From assembly GCA_046597055.1 (NCBI GenBank), contig JBKJLC010000252.1:1-18238 (forward strand): a stretch of DNA of 18,238 bases. Direction: 5' to 3'. The notes beneath the pieces were generated by a model. The model saw only the letters and a list, made by a program, of their open reading frames with translations. It was not told the DNA's origin and made no database searches. This DNA is from Kofleriaceae bacterium. GTDB lineage: Bacteria; Myxococcota_A; Polyangia; Haliangiales; Haliangiaceae. A program made the translations under genes and the position numbers. Below are positions 1 to 8,729 of this stretch, in pieces. Numbering within the stretch: position 1 is the stretch's first letter; each line of letters opens with the position of its first letter.

Positions 1-312
1 GCCGTTGAGGTTGCGGTCGTGGACGACCGCGACCGCGTACTCGTCGTGCGGCAGGTCCTTGAACGTCGTCGAGACCTTGCCGTTCTTGATCGCCACCTTG
101 GCGACCCGGAACGCGCCCCCGATCGCCAGCCAGCTCTTGCCCCGCCGGTAGACCCCGACCACCGCCTGGCCCTGGTCGTTATTGAAGTCGACCGCGGTGA
201 CCGACAGCACGCCGGTCGGCTCGGCGTGAACGGGCGCCGGCGACGCGAACGCGATCGCGCCGAGGAGGATCGCGACGCAGGCGGGCAGAAGACGAGAGGT
301 CGGGCGGTTCAT
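1..312 (-). CDS. DUF2141-family secreted protein (5' part; runs off window edge)
   Basis: Absent from the ORF track; translated by hand from ATG at 312 with GGAG RBS upstream: MNRPTSRLLPACVAILLGAIAFASPAPVHAEPTGVLSVTAVDFNNDQGQAVVGVY...FKDLPHDEYAVAVVHDRNLNG. Signal peptide plus the YAVAVxHDxNxNG motif typical of DUF2141. Confidence 0.8.
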   Translation of the reverse strand, partial: MNRPTSRLLPACVAILLGAIAFASPAPVHAEPTGVLSVTAVDFNNDQGQAVVGVYRRGKSWLAIGGAFRVAKVAIKNGKVSTTFKDLPHDEYAVAVVHDRNLNG

Positions 313-334
313 GAGTGGCTCCAGGGTCAAGGGG

Positions 335-1084
335 TCAGTGCTCGCGCAGGAGGCGGCCCGCCCCCCACACCCGGTCGGTCACGCCGGCTTCGCGCAACGC
401 CAGCCACCAGGTCGCCGCGTTGATGGCGATCACCGGCTTGCCGAGCCAGCGCTCGGCCTCGTCGGCGAGCCGGACCATGCTGAGGTTGGTGCCGCACTGG
501 ACGATCGCGTCGACGTCGGGCCCGTCGACCTCGCGCAGCGCGGCCCGCAGGGTGTCCTCGCTGACGTGGGCGATCGCGACCGCGGTCGGACAGCGCAGGC
601 CCTTGATCCGGACGACGTCCACGTCGAGGTCGGCGAAGAAGCGCACGACGTTGCGGTCGCCGACCGGCTGGTAGGGCGTGATCACGGCGATCCGACGCGC
701 GCCGAACAGCCGGAGCGCGCGTTCGCACGCCTCGGCGCCGGTCGCGACCGACATCCCGCCGGCCAGCCCGCGGATCTGCTCGACGAACCGCCGGTTGCCG
801 TCCTTGCCCTCCCAGAACGTCTCGGCGCTCATCCCCATCACCATCGCGTCGGGCTCGCAGGTCATGACCCGCGCCACCGCGTGGCCGATCTCCTCGCGGA
901 TCTGGCGCAGCAGCTGCTCGAACGCGCCGTCCGACGACAGATCCTGGTTGCGGATGTGGATGCGCGAGATGTGCGCGGTCACGCCGGGCACCGCCATCGC
1001 GTGGAAGTCGGGCTCCACGATCGTGTTGGTGCTCGGGATGATCACCGCGAGCTTCTTCCGCCAGCCGAGCGCGTCAGTCGACAC
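335..1084 (-). CDS. Asp/Glu/hydantoin racemase - maleate cis-trans isomerase / arylmalonate decarboxylase family protein
   Basis: Motifs IIPSTNTIVEPD, RIAVITPY, GTNL, LGKPVIAINAATWW and GAGRLL; GTG start with GGAGG RBS overlapping the upstream gene end. Confidence 0.85.
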   Translation of the reverse strand: MSTDALGWRKKLAVIIPSTNTIVEPDFHAMAVPGVTAHISRIHIRNQDLSSDGAFEQLLRQIREEIGHAVARVMTCEPDAMVMGMSAETFWEGKDGNRRFVEQIRGLAGGMSVATGAEACERALRLFGARRIAVITPYQPVGDRNVVRFFADLDVDVVRIKGLRCPTAVAIAHVSEDTLRAALREVDGPDVDAIVQCGTNLSMVRLADEAERWLGKPVIAINAATWWLALREAGVTDRVWGAGRLLREH

Positions 1085-2786
1085 CGGGCACCTCCTCGAA
1101 GAACCCGTCGATCAACCGCCACGGCCGGCCCGCCAGCAGATCGGTGCGGTGGGAGACGACCTTGTTGGCCGCGGCCGCCGGGTGGACCGCGCCGCGCAGG
1201 ACGCCGACCCGGCCGGTCGCGACCGACGGGTGGCTGAGCAGCCCGTCGAAGCGCCGCTCGCGCCACGCCGTCATGATCGTGAAGTCGTCGGGCAGGGTCG
1301 CGATCAGCGCGCGCGGCCCGGGCCCGGCCCCGGCCGCGGCGACCAGGTTCACCCGGTTCTCGGCCGCGCGCTCGACCAGGCCGAGCTCGGCCTCCCACGG
1401 CTCGCACAACGCCGAGGGCACCGCGACCACCGCCGCGCCGGCCAGCGCCGCCAGCCGGAAGACCTCGGGGTAGATCGCGTCGTCGCCGACCACGATCGCC
1501 AGGCGTCCCCAGGGCAGGTCGAGCACGGCGATCGGCGCGGCCATCGCGACCGCGTCGACCACCGCCCACGCGTGGCGGTCGACCGCGTGCAACTGCGGTT
1601 GGCGCAGCACGACGCCGCCGCGATCGATGGCGACCCCGACGTGGTGGAGCCGGTCGCCGCGCGCCTCGACCACGGAGGTCACGACGTGCGCGCCGGGCGC
1701 GCACGCCGCGCTCAGGGCGGCGATCACCGCGGTCGCCTCGGCGCCGACGCCGCCACACAGCTCGGGCAGCACGACCAGCCGCGCGCCGGCCTCGGTGAGC
1801 TCGCGGACCCGCGCCGCGGCTTCGGTGACCGCCGCCGCGCCGCCCGCCTCGATCACGACCGCCGCGACCAGCAGTCGGTCGGCGCTGGCGCCGCCGGACG
1901 CGGTGGCCCCGGCCGGGGTCGACGGATCCGCGGCCAGCGCACGGTACAGCCCGGGCCGCCGCGCGGCGAACACGTCGGTGCCGTCGGGGCGCCGCTTGAC
2001 GCGCGCGCGGGTCGGCTCGACGTCGGCGAACACCACCTCGGGCTCACAGCGACCGGCGCGGACCCGCGCGACCCCGTCGGGCCCGACGATCTGGCTCTCG
2101 CCGGCGCCATGCAGGAACTCGACCGGGATCGCGGTGGCCGCGCTGACCGGCGCCAGCAGCGCGGGCGGGATCAGCGGCCCGACCTTGTTGGCCGCGATCA
2201 CGAACACCCGGTTCTCGGCGGCGCGCACCGGCACGTGCAGCGACGCCTCGTCGAGCGCGAACGAGTTGAGGCTGTTGCACAGCAGCTCGGCGCCGCGGAG
2301 CGCCAGCGCCCGCGGGGTCTCGGCGATCACCCCGTCCATGCACGCGTACAGGCCGAGCCGGCCGATCGCGGTCTCGATCACCGGCGCCGGCGCCGAGGCC
2401 GGCCGCAAGAAGTCGTTCTCGTGCCCGATCAGGACCTGCTTGTCGGACGCGCCGCACAGCGCCCCGTCCGGACCGTACAGGAGCGAGGTCCCCGTGCACG
2501 CCCCACCGTCGCGGCGCACGGTCGCGTTGACCACCACCAGCAGGCGATGCCGCCGCGCGCGGGCGGCGATCGCGCCCAGCCACGGGCCGTCGAGCTCGAC
2601 CGCGACCTGCCAGCAATGCGCCGCGTCGGCGTACCACGACAGGTGGTTGCAGAACTCGGGCAGGACGACCAGCGCGGCCCCGCCCTCGGCGGCACGGTCG
2701 ATGGCCGCGACGCAGGTCGCCAGGTTGACGTCGAGATCGTCGCCGGCCGCGAGCTGGGCCGCCGCCACCCGCACCAGGCCGGTCAC
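1074..2786 (-). CDS. Carbon-nitrogen hydrolase (nitrilase superfamily), two tandem domains
   Basis: Domain 1: VRVAAAQL, LVVLPEF, DKQVL, GLYACMDG (E-K-C triad), RAAENRVFVIAANKVG. Domain 2: LVVLPEL, IYPE, RAAENRV. Start reassigned to GTG 2786 (GTGA overlap with upstream stop). Confidence 0.88.
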   Translation of the reverse strand: MTGLVRVAAAQLAAGDDLDVNLATCVAAIDRAAEGGAALVVLPEFCNHLSWYADAAHCWQVAVELDGPWLGAIAARARRHRLLVVVNATVRRDGGACTGTSLLYGPDGALCGASDKQVLIGHENDFLRPASAPAPVIETAIGRLGLYACMDGVIAETPRALALRGAELLCNSLNSFALDEASLHVPVRAAENRVFVIAANKVGPLIPPALLAPVSAATAIPVEFLHGAGESQIVGPDGVARVRAGRCEPEVVFADVEPTRARVKRRPDGTDVFAARRPGLYRALAADPSTPAGATASGGASADRLLVAAVVIEAGGAAAVTEAAARVRELTEAGARLVVLPELCGGVGAEATAVIAALSAACAPGAHVVTSVVEARGDRLHHVGVAIDRGGVVLRQPQLHAVDRHAWAVVDAVAMAAPIAVLDLPWGRLAIVVGDDAIYPEVFRLAALAGAAVVAVPSALCEPWEAELGLVERAAENRVNLVAAAGAGPGPRALIATLPDDFTIMTAWRERRFDGLLSHPSVATGRVGVLRGAVHPAAAANKVVSHRTDLLAGRPWRLIDGFFEEVPGVD

Positions 2787-3688
2787 GCCGCCACCGCCCG
2801 CGCCTGCCACCACGACCGGGTCCGTCCGCCGACCGGACGGCCGACCAGGTCGCTCGCGACCTCGACCGCGTCCCACAGTCCGGCCAGCTCGATGCCGGTG
2901 TCGAGGCCGAGCTTGTTGGCCAGCATCACCAGATCCTCGGTCGCCAGGTTGCCGGCCGCGCCTGGCGCGAACGGGCAGCCGCCGAGCCCGCCGATCGCCG
3001 CATCGATCGTGCGCACGCCCGCCTGCAGCGCCGCGGCCGCGTTGGCCAGCCCGAGCGCACAGGTGTCGTGCAGGTGGGCGGCCAGCCGGCCGACGCCGAC
3101 CCGCGCGCCCAGCGCCTCGAACAGCCGGCCGACCTCGACCGGGTGGGCCTGGCCGATCGTGTCGGCGATCGCGAGCTGGTCCACGCCGGCGGCCGCGAGA
3201 TCCTCGGCGGCGGCGATCACCCGGTCGGGCTCGACCGCACCCTCGAACGGGCACACCCACGCCGGCGCCAGGTAGACCCGGACGTGGCAGCCGTCGGCGC
3301 GCGCGCGCGCGGCCAGCCGGGCCGCGGTCGCCAGCGACGCCTCGACCGTCATCCGGTTGTTGCGCAGGCACAGCGTCTCGGTGAGCACCGTGACGATCGC
3401 GATCGCGCGCGCGCCGGCGCCGATCGCCCGCTCGTAGCCGGCGTCGTTGATCACCAGCGCCGAGGCCCGGCCCGACTCCCAGGTCCCGGTCGCGGCCATC
3501 ACCGCCGCGGCGTCGGCCAGCTGCGGGATCGCGCGCGGGCTGACGAAGCTGGTCACCTCGAGCTCGCGCAGGCCGGCCCGGCGCAGCGCGCCCAGCAGGC
3601 GGAGCTTGCCGGCGGTCGAGACCGGCGTGGCTTCGCCTTGCAGCCCGTCGCGGAGCCCGACCTCGTGCACGTGGAGCGCGTCGGTCAC
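2783..3688 (-). CDS. Hydroxymethylglutaryl-CoA lyase family (DRE-TIM metallolyase)
   Basis: EVGLRDGLQ, IADTIG, HLHDT, GGLGGCPFAPGAAGNLATED; GTG start at 3688 in GTGA overlap. Confidence 0.9.
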   Translation of the reverse strand: MTDALHVHEVGLRDGLQGEATPVSTAGKLRLLGALRRAGLRELEVTSFVSPRAIPQLADAAAVMAATGTWESGRASALVINDAGYERAIGAGARAIAIVTVLTETLCLRNNRMTVEASLATAARLAARARADGCHVRVYLAPAWVCPFEGAVEPDRVIAAAEDLAAAGVDQLAIADTIGQAHPVEVGRLFEALGARVGVGRLAAHLHDTCALGLANAAAALQAGVRTIDAAIGGLGGCPFAPGAAGNLATEDLVMLANKLGLDTGIELAGLWDAVEVASDLVGRPVGGRTRSWWQARAVAA

Positions 3689-4884
3689 GCGATCACCCCC
3701 TGCGCCCGCAGCGCGGCCAGCGCCGGGCCGTCGAGGCCGGCCAGCCGGCCGAGGACCTCGTCGGTGTGCTGGCCGAGCGTCGGTGGCGCGGTGTAGCGGT
3801 CGTCGCCGCTGTCCGACAGCTTGATCGGGTTGCCCGGCATGCGCACGGTCCCGCCGTGACCGTCGGGGACGTCGACCACCATCGCCCGCGCGAGCACCTG
3901 CGGATCGTGGAGCGTCGCGGCCAGGTCGTTGACCGGCGCGCACGGGATGCGGGCGGCCCGCAGGCGCTCGAGCCAGTACGCCGACGGCTGCAGCTTCAAC
4001 CGCTCGGCCAGCGTGTGATCGATCAGGTGCCGGTTGCGCCACCGCCCGGGCTGGCCCCGGTGCGCCTCGGTGTCGAGCGCCGGCAGCTCGAGGAGCTGGA
4101 CCAGCTGGGTCCAGAACCCGTCGAAGATGACGGCGATGATGATCCAGCCGTCCCGGGTCGGGTAGGTCCCGTACGGCACGTGCACGAAGTGGCCGTTGCC
4201 GAGCGGGCCCGGCACCTCGCCCGACAGGAAGTACATCGTCGCCATGTAGTTGAGCAGGCTCACCTGCGCGTCCTGCATCGAGATGTCGACGTGCTGGCCG
4301 CGGCCGGTGGTCGCGCGCGCCTGCAGCGCTGCCAGCACGCCGATCACGCCCATCACCGAGCCGCCGAGATCGCCGATCGGGATCCCCGACCGGGTCGGGG
4401 CGCCGCCCTCGGCGCCGGTGATGCTGAGGCCGCCGCCGGCACCCTGCGCGACCAGGTCGAAGCTGACCAGGTCCTTGTTCGGCCCGGTCTCGCCGAAGCC
4501 GGTGATGCTGCAGGTGACGATGCGCGGGTTGATCGCGGCCAGGCTGGCGTGGTCGATGTGCAGCCGGCCGGCGACCCCGGCCGCGAAGTTGTAGATGACG
4601 ACATCGCTGGCCGCGACCAGCCGGCCGAACACCTCACGACCCTCCGCCTGCTTGAGGTCGAGGGTGACGCTCTGCTTGTTGCGGTTGAGGGTGAGAAAGT
4701 ACGCCCCCAGCCCGTGCCGGCTGTAGCGCGGGTCCGACGCCAGCAGCCGGCGGGTCCCCTCGCCCTCACCGGGCGGCTCGACCTTGATCGTCTCCGCGCC
4801 CAGGTCGGCCATCATCATCGCGGCGAACGGGCCGCTCAACATGTGGGTCAGATCGAGAACACGCAGGCCGTCGAGCGCTCTCAC
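3685..4884 (-). CDS. Family III (CaiB/BaiF) CoA-transferase
   Basis: ALDGLRVLDLTHMLSGP, LGAETIKVEPP, NRNKQSVTLDLK, SITGFGETGP, TGRGQHVDISM, PPTLGQHT; GTG start at 4884 in GTGA overlap. Confidence 0.92.
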   Translation of the reverse strand: MRALDGLRVLDLTHMLSGPFAAMMMADLGAETIKVEPPGEGEGTRRLLASDPRYSRHGLGAYFLTLNRNKQSVTLDLKQAEGREVFGRLVAASDVVIYNFAAGVAGRLHIDHASLAAINPRIVTCSITGFGETGPNKDLVSFDLVAQGAGGGLSITGAEGGAPTRSGIPIGDLGGSVMGVIGVLAALQARATTGRGQHVDISMQDAQVSLLNYMATMYFLSGEVPGPLGNGHFVHVPYGTYPTRDGWIIIAVIFDGFWTQLVQLLELPALDTEAHRGQPGRWRNRHLIDHTLAERLKLQPSAYWLERLRAARIPCAPVNDLAATLHDPQVLARAMVVDVPDGHGGTVRMPGNPIKLSDSGDDRYTAPPTLGQHTDEVLGRLAGLDGPALAALRAQGVIA

Positions 4885-5504
4885 AGGTGCTCCATGACCG
4901 CTGCCAGCGGCAGCACGTCGCCGTACTTGGCGTCGATGTCGAAGAGGTTGGCGTCGTGCGGGGCGGCGGCGCGGTCGGCGACGCACTCGCGGGGAACGAT
5001 CACGCGGAAGCCGTGCTGGAGCCCGTCGACCGCGGTCGCGCGCACGCAGCCCGAGGTCGAGCAACCGACGACGATCACGGTGTCGACCGCGGCCGCGACC
5101 AGCAAGGACGCCAGCGGCGTCGCGAAGAACGCGCTGGCGTAGGCCTTGACCAGCACGACCTCGTCGGCGCCCGGCGCCAGCTCGGGGACGATCGCGGCCA
5201 GCGGCGAGCCGGCGGTGAACGCCGCCAGCGCCGGCACCTTGCGCAGGAACACGCCGGCCTCGGCCGCCGACCGCGAGTACTCGACCCGGGTGAACACCAC
5301 CGGCAGCCGGCGCGCGCGGGCCCGGTCGAGCAGCGGCCGGGTCGCGCGCACGGCGTCGACCACCGCGGGCGCGAACAGCGGCGCGCCCGGCTCGGTGTAG
5401 GCGCGGACGAAGTCGACCACGATCAGCGCCGGCCGCTGGCCGAAGCCGACCCGATCGCCGAACACGCCGCGGTAGCTCGCGGCCAGCGCGTCGTCGCCGA
5501 TCAC
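4881..5504 (-). CDS. Isochorismatase-family cysteine amidohydrolase (maleamate amidohydrolase NicF / N-carbamoylsarcosine amidase-like)
   Basis: GFGQRPALIVVDF, KAYASAFF, GCSTSGCVRATAVD, HDANLFDIDAKYGDV (D-K-C triad); GTG start at 5504 in GTGA overlap. Confidence 0.88.
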   Translation of the reverse strand: MIGDDALAASYRGVFGDRVGFGQRPALIVVDFVRAYTEPGAPLFAPAVVDAVRATRPLLDRARARRLPVVFTRVEYSRSAAEAGVFLRKVPALAAFTAGSPLAAIVPELAPGADEVVLVKAYASAFFATPLASLLVAAAVDTVIVVGCSTSGCVRATAVDGLQHGFRVIVPRECVADRAAAPHDANLFDIDAKYGDVLPLAAVMEHL

Positions 5505-6040
5505 GAGCCCTCCTCGCGCGCGGCGCCCGCCTGGCGCGTGCGCGTGTAGGCGACGATGCCGCCGGCGCGCAGGATGTCGAGCGAGATGCCGCCCAGGTTC
5601 CGGATCAGATAGACCAGCCCGGTGCGCGGGTTGCTCACCGCGCGGGCGTCGAGATCGACGGTGAGGACGTCGCCGGTCTCGATGCCCTCGATGGTGTCGA
5701 CCACGATCGGCGGCAGCCCGATGTTGACGCAGTTGCGCAGGAACACCCGGCCGAAGCTGGGCGCGATCAGCGCCGCGACCCCGGCCTTGAGCAGCGCGTA
5801 CGGCGCCGACTCGCGGCCCGAGCCGCTGCCCAGCTCGGGCCCGCCGACCACCAGATCGCCGGGCGCCACCTGCGCCGCGAAGTCGGGCGCGATGCCGGCC
5901 AGCGCGTAGCGGCCGACCTCGTCGGACCCGTGATCGAGGTAGCGGCCGGGCAGGATGTCGTCGGTGGTCAGGGTGCCGGGGAACACCCAGGCCGCGCCCC
6001 GCAGGCGCTCCAGCGAGCGATGGCCCGCGCCCGCGCTCAC
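5501..6040 (-). CDS. Aconitase-family small (swivel) subunit, LeuD/DmdB/HacB-like
   Basis: TTDDILPGRYL, GSGSGRESA, IAPSFGRVFLRNCVNIGLP, ILRAGGIV. Confidence 0.88.
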   Translation of the reverse strand: MSAGAGHRSLERLRGAAWVFPGTLTTDDILPGRYLDHGSDEVGRYALAGIAPDFAAQVAPGDLVVGGPELGSGSGRESAPYALLKAGVAALIAPSFGRVFLRNCVNIGLPPIVVDTIEGIETGDVLTVDLDARAVSNPRTGLVYLIRNLGGISLDILRAGGIVAYTRTRQAGAAREEGS

Positions 6041-7245
6041 GCCGCCACCTCGGCCGCGACGTCACGCGGATCGGTGATCGCCCCACGAAGCGCCGAGGCC
6101 GCGACCGTGTAGGCCGAGGCCAGCACGACGCGCGCGTCGCGGCTGCCCATCCGCCCGGGGAAGTTGCGGGTCGCGGTGGCGATCACCCGATCGCCCTCGC
6201 CCTGCACGCCGGCGTGCACGCCCGCGCACGCGCCGCACGCGGGCGGCATGATCGTGCAGCCGGCCGCGACCAGCGTCGCCAGCGTGCCATCGGCCAGCGC
6301 GCGCGCGTGCACGCCGCGGGTCGACGGCGTCACCAGCGTCGGCACCCGCACCGTGCGCCCGGCCAGCACCCGCGCTGCCGCGCGCAGATCTGCGTCGCGG
6401 CCACCGACGCAGCTGCCGATCCACGCCATGTCGACCGGCTCCCCGGCCAGCGCGCGGGCCGGGGTCACCGCGGCCGGCGATGGGTGCGCCGCACACAGCG
6501 GCTCGAGCCCGGCCACGTCGAGCTCGAGGCGCCGGGCCCAGCTGCGCTCGGCGCGATCCGCGCCGACGTCGACCACCGCGTGGGTCGCGCCCAGCTCGGC
6601 GCCCTGGTTGGCCAGCACCAACCGGGTGTCGAGGTCGGCGCCCACGACGAAGTCGCCGCCGTACTCGATCGCGCGCCCGAACGCCAGCCGGGTGCCGTGC
6701 TCCCCGAGCAGCCGCATCGTCACGTCGCGCGCGTCGCACCACGGCGGCAGCGCGCCGGTCAGGTCGATCCGGATCGTCTCGGGCACGGTGAGCCACACCT
6801 GCCCGGTCGCCATCACCGTCGCCAGCTCGGTCGAACCGACCGCCAGCGCGACCGCGCCGACCGCGCCCGCGGTGGTGGTATGCGAGTCGGCGCCGACCAC
6901 CAGCATGCCGGGCGCGACCAGGCCGCGCTCGAGGACGAGCGCGTGCAGGATGCCCTCGTACTCGTGGAAGGCGCCGATCTGCTGCTCGCCGGCCCAGCGT
7001 CGGGTCGCCTTGAGGATCGCGGCGTGGCGCAGGTTGCCGGCCGGCACGAAGTGGTCCGACACGACCACGACCCGCGCGCGATCCCACAGCCCGCCCAGCT
7101 CGTCGACCAGCCCGGCCAGCCGGCGCGGTCCCGACGAGTCGTTCATGATCATGCGATCGGCCTCGGCCCACACCTCGTCGCCGGGCCGGACCCGGTGCCC
7201 GGCGGCGCGGGCGATGATCGTCTCGGTCAGCGGCGCGGCGATCAC
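6037..7245 (-). CDS. Aconitase-family large subunit, LeuC/DmdA/HacA-like [4Fe-4S] hydratase/isomerase
   Basis: DHFVP, GADSHTTTAGA, IGSC and CGAC (three Cys ligands), RNFPGRMG; GTG start at 7245 in GTGA overlap. Confidence 0.9.
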   Translation of the reverse strand: MIAAPLTETIIARAAGHRVRPGDEVWAEADRMIMNDSSGPRRLAGLVDELGGLWDRARVVVVSDHFVPAGNLRHAAILKATRRWAGEQQIGAFHEYEGILHALVLERGLVAPGMLVVGADSHTTTAGAVGAVALAVGSTELATVMATGQVWLTVPETIRIDLTGALPPWCDARDVTMRLLGEHGTRLAFGRAIEYGGDFVVGADLDTRLVLANQGAELGATHAVVDVGADRAERSWARRLELDVAGLEPLCAAHPSPAAVTPARALAGEPVDMAWIGSCVGGRDADLRAAARVLAGRTVRVPTLVTPSTRGVHARALADGTLATLVAAGCTIMPPACGACAGVHAGVQGEGDRVIATATRNFPGRMGSRDARVVLASAYTVAASALRGAITDPRDVAAEVAA

Positions 7246-8729
7246 GAGGTCCTCGCGGCGCCGTACGGGCGGCGCAGGTAGCGACCGCGTGGCTCGCCGA
7301 CCACCTGGCCGGCCTGGTAGACCAGCTCGCCGCGCAGGTAGGTCGCCTCGACCCGGCCGCGCAGCGCGAGCCCGGCGAACGGCGAGTAGCCCTGCGCCGA
7401 CGGCGACCGCTCGGCGTCGACCACGACCGCGGCGTCGGGATCGACCAGCACCAGGTCGGCGTCGCAGCCGATCGCGAGGTCGCCCTTGGCCAGCAGGCCG
7501 AACCGGCGGGCCGGGTTGCGGCACAGCAGCTCCGCGATCCGCCCGAGCGACAGCCCGCGCCGGGTCCCCTCGGTGAGCAGGCCGGGCAGCAGCCACTCGG
7601 TGCCGCCGAACCCGCTGCGCGCGCGCCAGACGTCATCCGGGTTGTCGCGGTCGAGCTTGTGCTCGGCCGCGCAGCACGCGTGATCGCTGACCACCCAGTC
7701 GATGTCGCCGGCGAGCACCGCCTGCCACAGCCGCTCGACGTCCTCGCGCGGGCGGATCGGCGGGTTGACCTTGGCCAGCAGCCCGGCCGGGCTGTCGACG
7801 TCGAGCAGCAGGTGGCCGATCGTCACCTCGCGGGCGAAGTCGACGTGCGGGAACACCGCGCGCATGGTCAGCGCGGCGTCGATCGCCTTGCGCGACGACA
7901 GATGCAGCAAGTTGATCTTCGCGCACCGGGTCTCGTCCGCCAGGTAGGCGGCGATGAAGATCGCGAGCCCCTCGGAGTGCGGCGGGCGCGACGCGCTGTA
8001 CGCGCGCAGCCCGGTCAGGCCCGGATCGCGCTCGACCAGCCGGGTGTAGGCGGTCAGGATCTCGCCCAGCTCGCAGTGCAGGCTGACGCTGACCGCGTCG
8101 CCCGCTCCCGGCACCTCGGCCGCGATGCGCGCCGCCTCGCGCATCACCATCTCGAAGTGGGCCAGGTCGTAGCTGTGATCGTCCTCGATCTTGAGGAAGT
8201 CGCGCTGTGACCCCGACCGGCCGTGCAGGCCGTGGTTGCCGTAGAACATGAAGATCTTGAACGACGGCACGCCGTGGTCGCGGACCAGGGCCTCCATCTC
8301 GCCGATGTGCGAGCGCTGGATCGGCGCCAGGTGGTAGCCGTAGTCGACGTGGAACGCGCCGGCCGAGCGGGCCAGCACCTCCGGGAACACGTCGGCGTAG
8401 GCGCCGCCGGTGTCGAGGTAGTACTGGCCGGTCCGGAAGTAGCTGAGCAGCGTGGTCACGCCGCCCATCGCCGCGGCCCGCGACTCGGACCGGGCGTCGT
8501 CGGCCAGCGGCCGGTAGATGCCGACGTGGGTGTGGGCGTCGACCAGGCCCGGGAACGCCAGCCAGCCGTGGCCGTCGACCACCTCGCGCGCGTCCGAGGC
8601 CGGGATGCCGGGCGCCAGCGCGGCGACCACGCCGCCGGCGACCGCGACGTCGACGTCGTCGGGCGCGGCCCGGCCCGGCCGCACCACCCGCACGTTCTTG
8701 AACAGGCGGTCGTACATCACCGGCGTCAT
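7242..8729 (-). CDS. Cyclic amidohydrolase (dihydroorotase/allantoinase/hydantoinase/imidase family), binuclear metal
   Basis: PGLVDAHTH, SFKIFMFY (carboxylated Lys position), HCE, LHLSS, KVNPPIR, VVSDHAC, KGDLAIGCDADLVLVD; ATG at 8729 in ATGA overlap. Confidence 0.9.
   Translation of the reverse strand: MTPVMYDRLFKNVRVVRPGRAAPDDVDVAVAGGVVAALAPGIPASDAREVVDGHGWLAFPGLVDAHTHVGIYRPLADDARSESRAAAMGGVTTLLSYFRTGQYYLDTGGAYADVFPEVLARSAGAFHVDYGYHLAPIQRSHIGEMEALVRDHGVPSFKIFMFYGNHGLHGRSGSQRDFLKIEDDHSYDLAHFEMVMREAARIAAEVPGAGDAVSVSLHCELGEILTAYTRLVERDPGLTGLRAYSASRPPHSEGLAIFIAAYLADETRCAKINLLHLSSRKAIDAALTMRAVFPHVDFAREVTIGHLLLDVDSPAGLLAKVNPPIRPREDVERLWQAVLAGDIDWVVSDHACCAAEHKLDRDNPDDVWRARSGFGGTEWLLPGLLTEGTRRGLSLGRIAELLCRNPARRFGLLAKGDLAIGCDADLVLVDPDAAVVVDAERSPSAQGYSPFAGLALRGRVEATYLRGELVYQAGQVVGEPRGRYLRRPYGAARTS

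Noticed and set aside
5501..7245. leuCD of leucine biosynthesis
   Set aside because: No leuA or leuB nearby, catabolic context and divergent motifs; symbols withheld.
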